A DNA stretch of 64,000 nucleotides from Histomonas meleagridis 2922-C6/04-290x (lineage: Eukaryota > Protista > Parabasalia): contig JAANOX010000153.1 of assembly GCA_020184695.1 (NCBI GenBank), positions 62,001-126,000 of the forward strand. Direction: 5' to 3'. A program made the translations under genes and the position numbers. The notes beneath the pieces were generated by a model that saw nothing but the letters and a program-made list of their open reading frames with translations, did not search any database and had not been told where the DNA came from. Shown piece after piece: positions 42,907 to 52,416 of the stretch. How positions within the stretch are numbered: position 1 is the first letter of the stretch; every line of letters starts with the position of its first letter.

Positions 42907-44453
42907 ACATTAAATTCATATTCAATTAGAAATTGAAACGAAACACACACATTCTCAACAGATACTCAAAAATTTGAAAAAATTCAAAGCTGAGTTTATT
43001 GGAAACGTCATTGTGAATTTTTTTAATAATAGTTTATCTTTTCTCTTGGTTGAAGATGAAGATTTAGGAGAACTGTTCTCAAGTTTACATCGTTGAAAAT
43101 TTATCAAATATTTCTGAGCAGGCAAAAATTTTAATAAATTCATGTGAAAGCTTAACACTTTCACTAGATGAATGAACATATGCTTCAAATCGAAGGTTTC
43201 TTGGTTTTACACTTTTATTATTTAATAATTGGCAAATCCAAAAAGTAGATCTTCCACATATTTTTCATAACCACAAATTCATTTGCAACCTTGTTTTTGC
43301 CATATTTTAAATTTATTTATTGATTCTTTGATGAAAGCATTAAAAACATTGTTATCAGACATATTTTCATTTCAGAATATATGGATTTGCTAAACAACAA
43401 TGTTGTATCTCTGTTGGGGCTTAGCTTGGCTTAAGAAGGGAAAATTTTGCGGGCTTAGTGCCTTACTATAAGATGGGATAACCCATAAAAAACAATAAAC
43501 CTTGATGTCCAGTAATAAAATTTAGTTAATAATAGATATTGAAGAAATTTTGTTTATGATTATTTTTACTTTTTCTTCACATAAGACATCTCAACTCAGC
43601 CAATCATTTCTTGATCGAACATTTTTTCTAAAAGGTAATATGATTCTTGAGAAGTTAGGGAAAGAAGATATCTTGAGAAAATGATTATTATTATATCAAA
43701 TAATTTATTATCTAATTTATTTTTTATTATCTGATCAGATCAATTCAATTGAATTAGTCATGTGTCTTTATCAAATGATGATGCTGGTCATATTTCTATT
43801 CGATGTTCAGCTTTAGCCTTGCGAAAGGGCATGAAAATTCACATTCTACCCATCCCCAAACCGTTTTATACACAATAGATATATCATGCATGACATGGTA
43901 TTTTTTTACATGATTAAAGATATCATCTTATATTTAAAAATTACTTTCTTATTGTTTATACCTTCATTTGGTATCATTCATTACCTGATATTCGTAATAA
44001 ATTTTGAATAATTTGATATTTGAAAACTAATACATCAATTGTTGATAATACTCAAATGAATAGATCTCAAACTTTGCATTTTAAAAAATTTCGTTAAATA
44101 AAAATATTCTCCATCACATAATAAATCACATTAACTGATCTATATCTGTTTAAAGAATTAACAACAACATATTAATATGGTCACATTACTATTTAATTCA
44201 TCAACAACAAAAAATACACAACAAAACCAACTCGAATTTCAAGTATATAAAGAAGACAACAAAAAGGAAAATATCAAAACAAAAGTTCAGATAAGCACAC
44301 AAACTTATGAAAATCATCAAAGTCACAAAAAACATTGTCATATTTTGCTTTTGAAGAAATATATTCATGGAAGCACATGTAAAAATAATGTTATAAAGCG
44401 ACTTGTAAAAAATGTCAATCAAAATAGTTCATGAAATCAAGACTCTGGACAAC

Positions 44454-45836
44454 TTACTGTTTTATAATGCCATCCATGTTATCATGTGAAAAAACAAATA
44501 CAAAAACAAAACAAAAAAAAAAAAAAAATTGTTTACCCACAAGTTGCCCAAAGAATTCGATTCTATTCAGCGCAAAAAAGTAATTGTTAACCCAAGTCAG
44601 ATCAGTTTGCGTTAGTTTCAAATAACGGAATTGTTCGTTCATATTCTGTATTTCAAATAATTCTTCTTTAAGGTATCCACTTATTGAGTTATCATAAGTT
44701 CTTTCATCAAGAATTGTCCAATTACATTTATCATTTGAACCCTCTAATTTCCAACTTTTCGGAGGAGAAAAACTCCACATTGATGAATTAGATTTTAATG
44801 AATATGCAGTGAGAGAAACTTTTTTATCTTTGAAGTCAAATAAAACAAATTGATTTGGTTTGTCTTCCGTACTGAATTCTTTTTCACTTTGTACAATACT
44901 TTTTAATGGATAACGAACAGAATCAAATTCTGACGATGCAATTGCTTCTATTGTTCCATTTTCTATAATATTTCGAGGAGTTAAATTACTTTTCGTTGAG
45001 AGATAATTAAAAATTCCTTTAAATTTATGGACTCCATCATATGCAAATCTCAAACTTTTCAGAAATCTTTTGTTGAATTCTGTTTCAGATCGTTCTCCTC
45101 TAATTTTATTAAGTGCAGGCCACAACTCGCCGATTTTTTCATGTGGAATTGTGTTGACAATGGATATTAATCTATCAGTATCTTCTTTTTCTAAAAATTC
45201 GCAGTGAATAAACTTAAACAAGATATAATTTTCTGGATCTTGGCGATATTTATCAATAACAAAATCAAGTAATGATTTCTCGTCAAAAAGTTTCAGTTTA
45301 TCGCAACTCAAAATCGACTTTAATTGTGACAACGAAAAGTTTTTGTCTTTGATTTTTTCAAAATGAATTGCTCCATATTCTATTTCTTTGTCAATATTAA
45401 CTTCTGCCTTCGTTTTAATGCTGAGAATATCTACCAAATTGTCATTATTGATTTGAAGTGGTAATGATTCAATAAGTTCTGGATTTTTGAAATGAGTAAA
45501 AATGTTGATTAGTGGATCTTTCAGATCAACAATGTTAACACTTTGTCCATGTAATAAATTCTCTATTTTATCCACCATTTCATCGGTTGCAGTTTCCTCA
45601 ACTTTTAAAAAATTTATATTTGGATTATTAGCTTTCATATTTGAAACAACAGGTGAAATAAATTCTGCAAGAAAATCAGGGACTTTCAACACCCTACCGT
45701 CTTGGAACTGAAACTCGAAATTATTTTCATAATTATTAAAATTAATCCTTTTTAAACCTTCTGCTGAAAGAGAAAAATTCATCAAACATCTGCATCTGGA
45801 CCTTTCTTCATAACGTATAATACCATTATTTGACAT
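44454..45836 (-). CDS. BTB/BACK-like + F5/8 type C (discoidin/galactose-binding) domain protein of an expanded trichomonad family
   Basis: LSAEGLKRI, VPDFLAEFISPVVS, ILSCDKLKLFDEKSLLDFV, and C-terminal FDFKDKKVSLTAYSL, SWKLEGSNDKCNWTILDER, FRYLKLTQT, LNRIEFFG. The tail runs through a poly-T tract. Confidence 0.75.
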   Translation of the reverse strand: MSNNGIIRYEERSRCRCLMNFSLSAEGLKRINFNNYENNFEFQFQDGRVLKVPDFLAEFISPVVSNMKANNPNINFLKVEETATDEMVDKIENLLHGQSVNIVDLKDPLINIFTHFKNPELIESLPLQINNDNLVDILSIKTKAEVNIDKEIEYGAIHFEKIKDKNFSLSQLKSILSCDKLKLFDEKSLLDFVIDKYRQDPENYILFKFIHCEFLEKEDTDRLISIVNTIPHEKIGELWPALNKIRGERSETEFNKRFLKSLRFAYDGVHKFKGIFNYLSTKSNLTPRNIIENGTIEAIASSEFDSVRYPLKSIVQSEKEFSTEDKPNQFVLFDFKDKKVSLTAYSLKSNSSMWSFSPPKSWKLEGSNDKCNWTILDERTYDNSISGYLKEELFEIQNMNEQFRYLKLTQTDLTWVNNYFFALNRIEFFGQLVGKQFFFFFCFVFVFVFSHDNMDGIIKQ

Positions 45837-47238
45837 AATTAATAATGAGAATTTCCATCACAAAAAATGCCAAAGTTTGGCTTCACCCAAAAAACCGTAA
45901 TGGCTCTCAAATTACAATAACGATAGAATGGTTAAATTTTGTGGGTTTTGGTTTTGTCTCAACATTTTTTGATAATAAAATGATAAAAATCAGAACATAT
46001 AACATTATAATTATAAAAATATTAGTTTCATCTTTTTTGATTATGATTTTATTGAAAATATAAAAAATGGTTTCCTGCTTTTTTACAATATTATTAGCTA
46101 TAGTAATAAAAATTTCCTATGAATTTAGCCACTTCCATTTTAAAATTCATGTACGATACAATACACAAACGGTCATCTAAGCAAAGACTGGGCTTACCAA
46201 TTAACCACATCTAAACCAGTATATACAAGTATTGTTGAAAAAATGTTTAAAATATTTTTATTTTCTGTTTAATTTTGTGATTCTTTTTTGTGGATATCGC
46301 TCGTGGAGCAACGGATCTTGATGTGTTTGTAACCGCAAAATGAATTCAAAAAGTTATTTTTTCTTCTTTGTCCAGAGTCTCCAATAATGAATAAATTGTT
46401 TCAAGAATTATCCTATTTATAGAACATATAAATTATAAAAAATTGCAAAGACCGATTTTTGAATTTTTGCCCTGATCTATAGATATTGAAAATCTTGTAT
46501 AACATAAAAACAAAATGAAAATTATATAAATTAATATTGATTATTATTAGTTCTATTTATTTATTGAATTTGAACTTCTGTATTTAATTCGAAAGCTCGA
46601 AAAAGCATTTTGAAATTTTGGAGATTGCTCATAAAAAAATAAGATAACAAAATTTGGTTAAGATAATTTTATTGAATAGAATGTGTATACTTTTTTATTT
46701 ATATTTTTTTAAATTTAGTTCAGTGGAAAATGAAAAAAAAAAAAATGATTTTCTGATTTGAAACGACCGTTTATTTGGTTGACAGCGTCTTGTGGAAATC
46801 AAACAAAGTTCATAGTTATTGAGCAAATTTACAACATATCGTAAAACGTTTGGACATTAATTTAAAATTGCTTCATATGCACAGCTTCATTTAAATATGA
46901 TTTAATAATTGGATTTTTAGAAAATATTTTTAAAAGATGGCTGTGTTCTTCTATTTAAATAACAAAAAACTGATTCTTCATCAAAATTTTATTTATCATG
47001 GCAAATTGATTATTCTCAAAATAATCTTAAGTACAGTGAATAAAAAGTCTTTAAAAATCATTAACTGATATATATGTCAAATGCTTGATTAAGAATATAA
47101 AAAAATATTTCATGATTTTTCCTCTAATAATTATTTATTGAGTAACTTTGAAAAAATTTTCTTGATTTTTTTGTAAGTCAAATGATTACAAACCTCAAAT
47201 AAACCATCCGACCATTTAAGTATTTGGCCAAATCACAA

Positions 47239-49611
47239 ATGTTTTTTTTCTTCATCTTTTCCTGTTTAATTAATTCAGCTGTATTTGGAATTGATTTTGG
47301 CTGTGAATACACAAAGGTTGGTATGGCTAAACCAGGACAAGGTGTACATGTTGCATTAAACCAACAATCAAAACGTCTCTCACCTTCTTATTTCGCTTTT
47401 TGGAATTTAACAGATCCTAAAAATTCAAAACCAAAAGAAGAACATTGGACACTTGAGGAAATTGAAAATTGTAATTGGGCATTTCTTGATGCAGCAAAAT
47501 CTCATTCCCTTCGTTTCCCACAAAACATGATTAAAGGAATTTCACCAATTTTATCAACAATTAATGGTTTTACAAGGCGTGAAACCACAGCACTTTTATT
47601 ACGTCATTTAATTTCAACAGTTGATGAAGGTCAATGGACACCAGAAGTAGCCCAAATTGTTATTACAGTCGAACCACTTTTACCCAGGTCAGAACGCTTA
47701 GGTCTTATTGATGCAATAAAATTATCAAATGCAACTTTAGCTGCAATTGTTGATTCTCCAACAGCTGCTGCCGAAGTATATGCATTAGAGAAGCGATCTC
47801 TTTACCATGACAAAGAGAAAATTGTACTTTTCATTGACATTGGTGCAACCAATACATGGGCTGCCGTCTTTAAATTTGAAAACCAAAACGACACACCTGT
47901 TGTCTATGAGCTTTCCATATCTACGAACTCATCACTTGGTGGAAATCTCATTGATAAAAAGTTGTCAAATTTCCTCTTGAAAAAGTATGCTGAGGCCAAC
48001 AAAGTTGAAATCCCAACAAACGATCGTGTTATCAGCCGCTTTACTGAGGAAGCTCGTCGAGCTAAAGAATATCTGTCAATTAACAAAGCCGTCGATATTC
48101 ATCTTGAAGATGTTGTTGATGACTATGGGTTAGACTACAGTCTCACTCGTGAAGAATTCGAGAGTCTTATCACCGAATTTAACCAATCGATTTGTAATGT
48201 TTACAATGATGCACTTTTGCGCGCTAACATCACATCAGAACAATTAGATTCTATTGAACTTATTGGAGGTGTTACACGTGTACCATATGTTCAAAATGTA
48301 CTTTTAGAGCTTTCTGGTATGGAGAAACTTAATCGTACGATGAATTCCGATGAAGTTGTTGCATTAGGCGCAGGTTATATTGGTGCTTCATCAAGCAGTG
48401 CATTTATTGTTAAGAAAGTCTCACTTTCACCATTTGCAAATACGAACGTATCAATTATTCATGACGGAAACACGACACAAATCTTCACTACGAACTCGAG
48501 ACTTAATGAGACATATATTTATGAATATAATGCAACTGATAATGGAAACATTTCCATTATTGCCGATAAGCTATTGTTTAACTTCTCATTCCCATTACCA
48601 GAAAATACAACAGAGAATGAGACAGTTAAAATCAAATTTGGCTTCGATGATTATACGATTCCAGCGATCATTGGAATTTGGGTTAATGAAACACAAATTC
48701 CACTTCGTAACATTACAATCGAAAGAGCAAATTACTTAATGAATGAAACAGAATTTATCAACAGTACAAAACTTATCAACAAAATGGATAAAGTCCTTGA
48801 TAAACGTCGTAAGTATCAAGAGATTCATAACGACTATGAAAGTTATATATACAGAGTGCGTGATAAACTTAATTATGATGTTGTATATCAGAAAGTTGTC
48901 ACTGATAAAGAACGGAAAAACATAATAAAAATAGTCGAAGATCATAACAAATGGTTAACAGAAGACAGGAAAGAAGCAGTGCCATTAAAAGTAATCAAAG
49001 AAAAACTTAACGAATTAAAGGATCAAACTGAAGCAGTACGCAAAAGAGCTGAAGAATATGTAAAGCGTGCACCTGCTTTCATGAAGTTAAATAATACAAT
49101 TAATATGGTAATTAACGCACTCAACGTGACATGGCCAATGTCGAAGCCTTGGCTAACAGAAGAACAATTGGAGCCTCTATGGAAGGTATACAACTCAACA
49201 AAGAAATGGTTCGAAGAAAAAAGAAGTGAACAACTCCAAAAGAAGGATACAGAAGACCCTGTTGTGTTAGCAAGTGAAATAGATACAAAGAGAATGATAT
49301 TGGAATGGAATTATAATTCCACAAATCGTATTAGAAAGCCAACTCCGACACCAACTCCAAAGCCAGATCCAAACGTTACGACAACCGAAAATAATTCCAC
49401 AAATATTGAGAGCAACACAACAATTGAAAGCAATACAACAAATATTGAAAGCAATACAACAACAATTGATAATAATACAACGACAATTGAAAACAATACA
49501 ACAAATTTGAATGTGAATAATTCGACAGATTTACCGGAAAATAAAATTAATGAAACAGATGTAGGAGCTAAAGACAACTCGGACGACAATGGTGAGAAAA
49601 AAGAACTATAA
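47239..49611 (+). CDS. HYOU1: ER Hsp70-superfamily chaperone / nucleotide-exchange factor GRP170 (HYOU1/Lhs1)
   Basis: ATG at 47239 with a signal peptide, VFGIDFG, LNQQSKRLSPS, FIDIGA, LGGNLID, IELIGGVTRVPYVQ, TMNSDEVVALGA, NDYESYIY. Ends in the KDEL-like KKEL. Confidence 0.88.
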   Translation: MFFFFIFSCLINSAVFGIDFGCEYTKVGMAKPGQGVHVALNQQSKRLSPSYFAFWNLTDPKNSKPKEEHWTLEEIENCNWAFLDAAKSHSLRFPQNMIKGISPILSTINGFTRRETTALLLRHLISTVDEGQWTPEVAQIVITVEPLLPRSERLGLIDAIKLSNATLAAIVDSPTAAAEVYALEKRSLYHDKEKIVLFIDIGATNTWAAVFKFENQNDTPVVYELSISTNSSLGGNLIDKKLSNFLLKKYAEANKVEIPTNDRVISRFTEEARRAKEYLSINKAVDIHLEDVVDDYGLDYSLTREEFESLITEFNQSICNVYNDALLRANITSEQLDSIELIGGVTRVPYVQNVLLELSGMEKLNRTMNSDEVVALGAGYIGASSSSAFIVKKVSLSPFANTNVSIIHDGNTTQIFTTNSRLNETYIYEYNATDNGNISIIADKLLFNFSFPLPENTTENETVKIKFGFDDYTIPAIIGIWVNETQIPLRNITIERANYLMNETEFINSTKLINKMDKVLDKRRKYQEIHNDYESYIYRVRDKLNYDVVYQKVVTDKERKNIIKIVEDHNKWLTEDRKEAVPLKVIKEKLNELKDQTEAVRKRAEEYVKRAPAFMKLNNTINMVINALNVTWPMSKPWLTEEQLEPLWKVYNSTKKWFEEKRSEQLQKKDTEDPVVLASEIDTKRMILEWNYNSTNRIRKPTPTPTPKPDPNVTTTENNSTNIESNTTIESNTTNIESNTTTIDNNTTTIENNTTNLNVNNSTDLPENKINETDVGAKDNSDDNGEKKEL
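49380..49520 (+). repeat. Imperfect 18-21-nt coding repeats (IESNTT/IDNNTT) in the GRP170 tail
   Basis: ATTGAAAGCAATACAACA-like units encode many N-x-T sequons. Confidence 0.8.
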
Positions 49612-49651
49612 AATAAACAAATCAGTTACATATGTTTTATATGTATTATAT

Positions 49652-51058
49652 TTACTTTGCATTTGGATGAGATCGACGATATTGTTTTCGCTTAAGCGCT
49701 TTCGGCTTCTTCACTTTGCGCTTCTCGCGGCGCTGCTCCTTAATTTTCTTCTGGATTGCTTTCCATTCTTCCTTTGTATAATTCTTCCGATCGAGAGTAC
49801 CAACAGGAATTTGATCTCCGTTTTGTTCTTCCTCTTCTTCCTCTTCTGTTTGTTCATTATTTTCTTCCTCTTGATCATCTTTTTGTTCTTCTCCAATTTG
49901 ATCGATATCTTCTTCCTCATCATCATAAGGTGCTAATTCAGATGGAATAATACCTGTGAGAGCACCGTGAAGAGCAGCATTAGAAAAGTCTCCGTCGATC
50001 ATATCTTCGATTTCAATATCGGGATCATTAACTTCAGCTAATCGTTGTGGTATATATATCTTAGTGAACTCATTGGAAGTCATGTCTTCTTCCATCTCAA
50101 CGATTTCATTAAACACTGTTTCCCTATCGGCAATCAACTTCTCTTCAACAACAAATTCAAACAAACGCATCAAAGGAGCGGTTTTGACACCTTTGTTCTT
50201 GAAGTATTTCGTTATTACAGCAATATCATTACGGAGAAATACAGTAGAGTTCATGTTGTCTTGTTCAACGGATTGACCTACATCAATAATAATAGGCATC
50301 TTGTTTTTGATGAGAATGTTATATTCAGAAAGATCTGCATGAACAAGATTACATTTGTGATATATGTCACGCATATAAAAGCAAATGAGTTTGTAGATAT
50401 TCTTGTATTCATCTAAGGTAAGATTGGCATCTCTAAGACATGGTGCTTGATACTTATTCTCATCATCAGTGATAAGCTCCATGAAAATTATATTGGCTTT
50501 GACAAGAAGAACACGTGGTGAAGGAATTCCACAATTATTAAGTCTAGATAAATTTCTAAATTCTTTTTCGGCCCAAAGAATAACGCTTTTACGTGAATTA
50601 CGTGACCCTGCTTTGTGTTGGAAACGCATTTCACCACTTACATATCGATCACGATCTTTGAATTTTAGAATACATGTTTTGTAAATTTTGATAGCAAATT
50701 CATGAGGCCAATCTTCTGGAGCGTTAGCACCACGAATACCAATGTAAACATTTCCTTCCTTTCCAGTTGAAATGCATCCATTAATTTCATGTAAGATATC
50801 TCTTTTTAAAAGTTTAAAAAGAACAACCTTAGTTCGATTGTCTAAAACCATATCTTCTGTTTTTCTATGATCTTTTCCAGCACGTTGATTCTTTTTCTTT
50901 TGGTCATCCATTTCCAAACGATTTCTCATTGTATCAACGAAGTGATCAGGGTTAATTTCCAAATGGATATGACTACTGAAGCGATCAAACATTTGTGGTG
51001 TAACATGAGAGTCATGATATTTGTGGTTCATATCGAAAGCAAAGTCATCATCATACAT
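49652..51058 (-). CDS. RIOK1: RIO1 atypical Ser/Thr kinase (40S maturation)
   Basis: GCISTGKEGNVY, AIKIYKT, FKDRDRYVSGE, LWAEKEFRNL, LVHADLSEYNIL, IIDVGQSVE, and an acidic then basic C-tail. The likely ATG is 51058; the track start is a GTG. Confidence 0.93.
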   Translation of the reverse strand: MYDDDFAFDMNHKYHDSHVTPQMFDRFSSHIHLEINPDHFVDTMRNRLEMDDQKKKNQRAGKDHRKTEDMVLDNRTKVVLFKLLKRDILHEINGCISTGKEGNVYIGIRGANAPEDWPHEFAIKIYKTCILKFKDRDRYVSGEMRFQHKAGSRNSRKSVILWAEKEFRNLSRLNNCGIPSPRVLLVKANIIFMELITDDENKYQAPCLRDANLTLDEYKNIYKLICFYMRDIYHKCNLVHADLSEYNILIKNKMPIIIDVGQSVEQDNMNSTVFLRNDIAVITKYFKNKGVKTAPLMRLFEFVVEEKLIADRETVFNEIVEMEEDMTSNEFTKIYIPQRLAEVNDPDIEIEDMIDGDFSNAALHGALTGIIPSELAPYDDEEEDIDQIGEEQKDDQEEENNEQTEEEEEEEQNGDQIPVGTLDRKNYTKEEWKAIQKKIKEQRREKRKVKKPKALKRKQYRRSHPNAK

Positions 51059-51434
51059 CACAAATTCATCGACCAGAGTAAAGTCAATGGGGCACCCCAA
51101 ATTATTGCAAAAAAAAACGAAATTTCGATAAACACAAATTAACAACATATCTATAATATATTTGTGCACAAACCATTCCCATAACTTGATTTTTGTTATA
51201 ACATTGATAATATTGCAGAATACAGGAATTATGGTTTGGGATGAATTTTGGCGAGGAAATAAAAAACAACATTATATGGTAAACAACTTTTTGATAAGAT
51301 TACACCTTTTAAAAGAAGCTGGGCTTTCAATTGATGAACGCTCAATTTAATCAAATAACGGCTTTTTCAATGTATAACGGCTTCACATGGAATTGAATGA
51401 CTGTTGGAAATTTTCTGAAAAGTATTTTTAACGA

Positions 51435-51866
51435 ATGAAGGACGGAAGAGTTCAACACCAAAAGACCTTTACTGAAAAAGAACTCGCTGAGGTCAAAGAG
51501 ATTTTCGATGGAATGGATGCCGACCATAACGGAGTTCTTGATAGAAACGAAATGTCAGAATTTCTTGCAAAATTGGATATGGAAGGTGAATTAGCTGATT
51601 TAATGTTCGCTATTTATGATCACGATCATAACAAGGTTCTTGACTTCAATGAGTTCTGCCACTTTGCAAAAGATATGATGAAAACATCTGATGATCCATT
51701 ATATTTTGTCGGCGTTTTATTCACAGCACTTGATACCGATAAATCAGGTGCACTTTCAGGGGATGAGCTTGCCCGCTTCTTGAAATTATTAGGAATTAAT
51801 GCAAAACCAGAAGATTTTGGCAACCGCCAAATCACACTTGCTGAATTCCTTGAATCACTTCAATAA
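51435..51866 (+). CDS. EF-hand calcium-binding protein (calmodulin-like)
   Basis: EF loops DADHNGVLDRNE, DHDHNKVLDFNE and DTDKSGALSGDE; the fourth is degenerate. Confidence 0.88.
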   Translation: MKDGRVQHQKTFTEKELAEVKEIFDGMDADHNGVLDRNEMSEFLAKLDMEGELADLMFAIYDHDHNKVLDFNEFCHFAKDMMKTSDDPLYFVGVLFTALDTDKSGALSGDELARFLKLLGINAKPEDFGNRQITLAEFLESLQ

Positions 51867-52065
51867 ATTGATGAACTAAACAATCATTAAACACCAAATC
51901 TTCCAAAGTTATACCGCCAAAAAATGACTTTTTGATAGCATTGAATTTTCAACAAAAAATAATCGTAATTGAATTACTATCGTATTTTTATGCCTGAAAT
52001 TGAATACTCGTTCAAATCATTCGTGTTCGTTTTTGGGTTGCTGGTCAAAAAAGTGGCTTTCCATA

Positions 52066-52416
52066 ATGGAGATCCCACCTAATTACTATTCTTTTTGGTC
52101 TGCTGTTGTTTCCAGTGATAGAACTTGTAGAATTGTTGTTCCAAAGGACTCTGATTTATTCTTAACAAATGCTGCAATTTCTCCAGATGAAATGCACGCG
52201 AGGGGAAGAGTAGTACTACATGTTTCCATTAACAAAAGGCAGCCAGTTGTAGCAGTTGCTTTTACAATTGGATTATACGAAAGCACAAACCTCGATCTTG
52301 TTTTTTCTGGTGGAGATACAATTGAATTTACTTTATCAGGTGCTGACATACAAGTTCACATTTCAGGATACACTACAGACATTCGCAATTTAGAAATTAT
52401 CAATGATCACAAATAA
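52066..52416 (+). CDS. Nucleoplasmin-like (NPL) domain protein, core only
   Basis: ATG at 52066. FWSAVV...LFLTNAAI...VVLHV...NLDLVFSGGDTIEFTLSG...VHISGY matches the NPL fold pattern of the FKBP39/HD-tuin type. Confidence 0.72.
   Translation: MEIPPNYYSFWSAVVSSDRTCRIVVPKDSDLFLTNAAISPDEMHARGRVVLHVSINKRQPVVAVAFTIGLYESTNLDLVFSGGDTIEFTLSGADIQVHISGYTTDIRNLEIINDHK

Noticed and set aside
42955-43362. Broken coding-like region on the minus strand
   Set aside because: Multiple stops and no recognisable family.
43760-43860. Possible pogo/DDE_1 transposase fragment (DDAGHISIRCSALALRKGMKIHILP)
   Set aside because: It is too short and has no supporting frame or TIRs.
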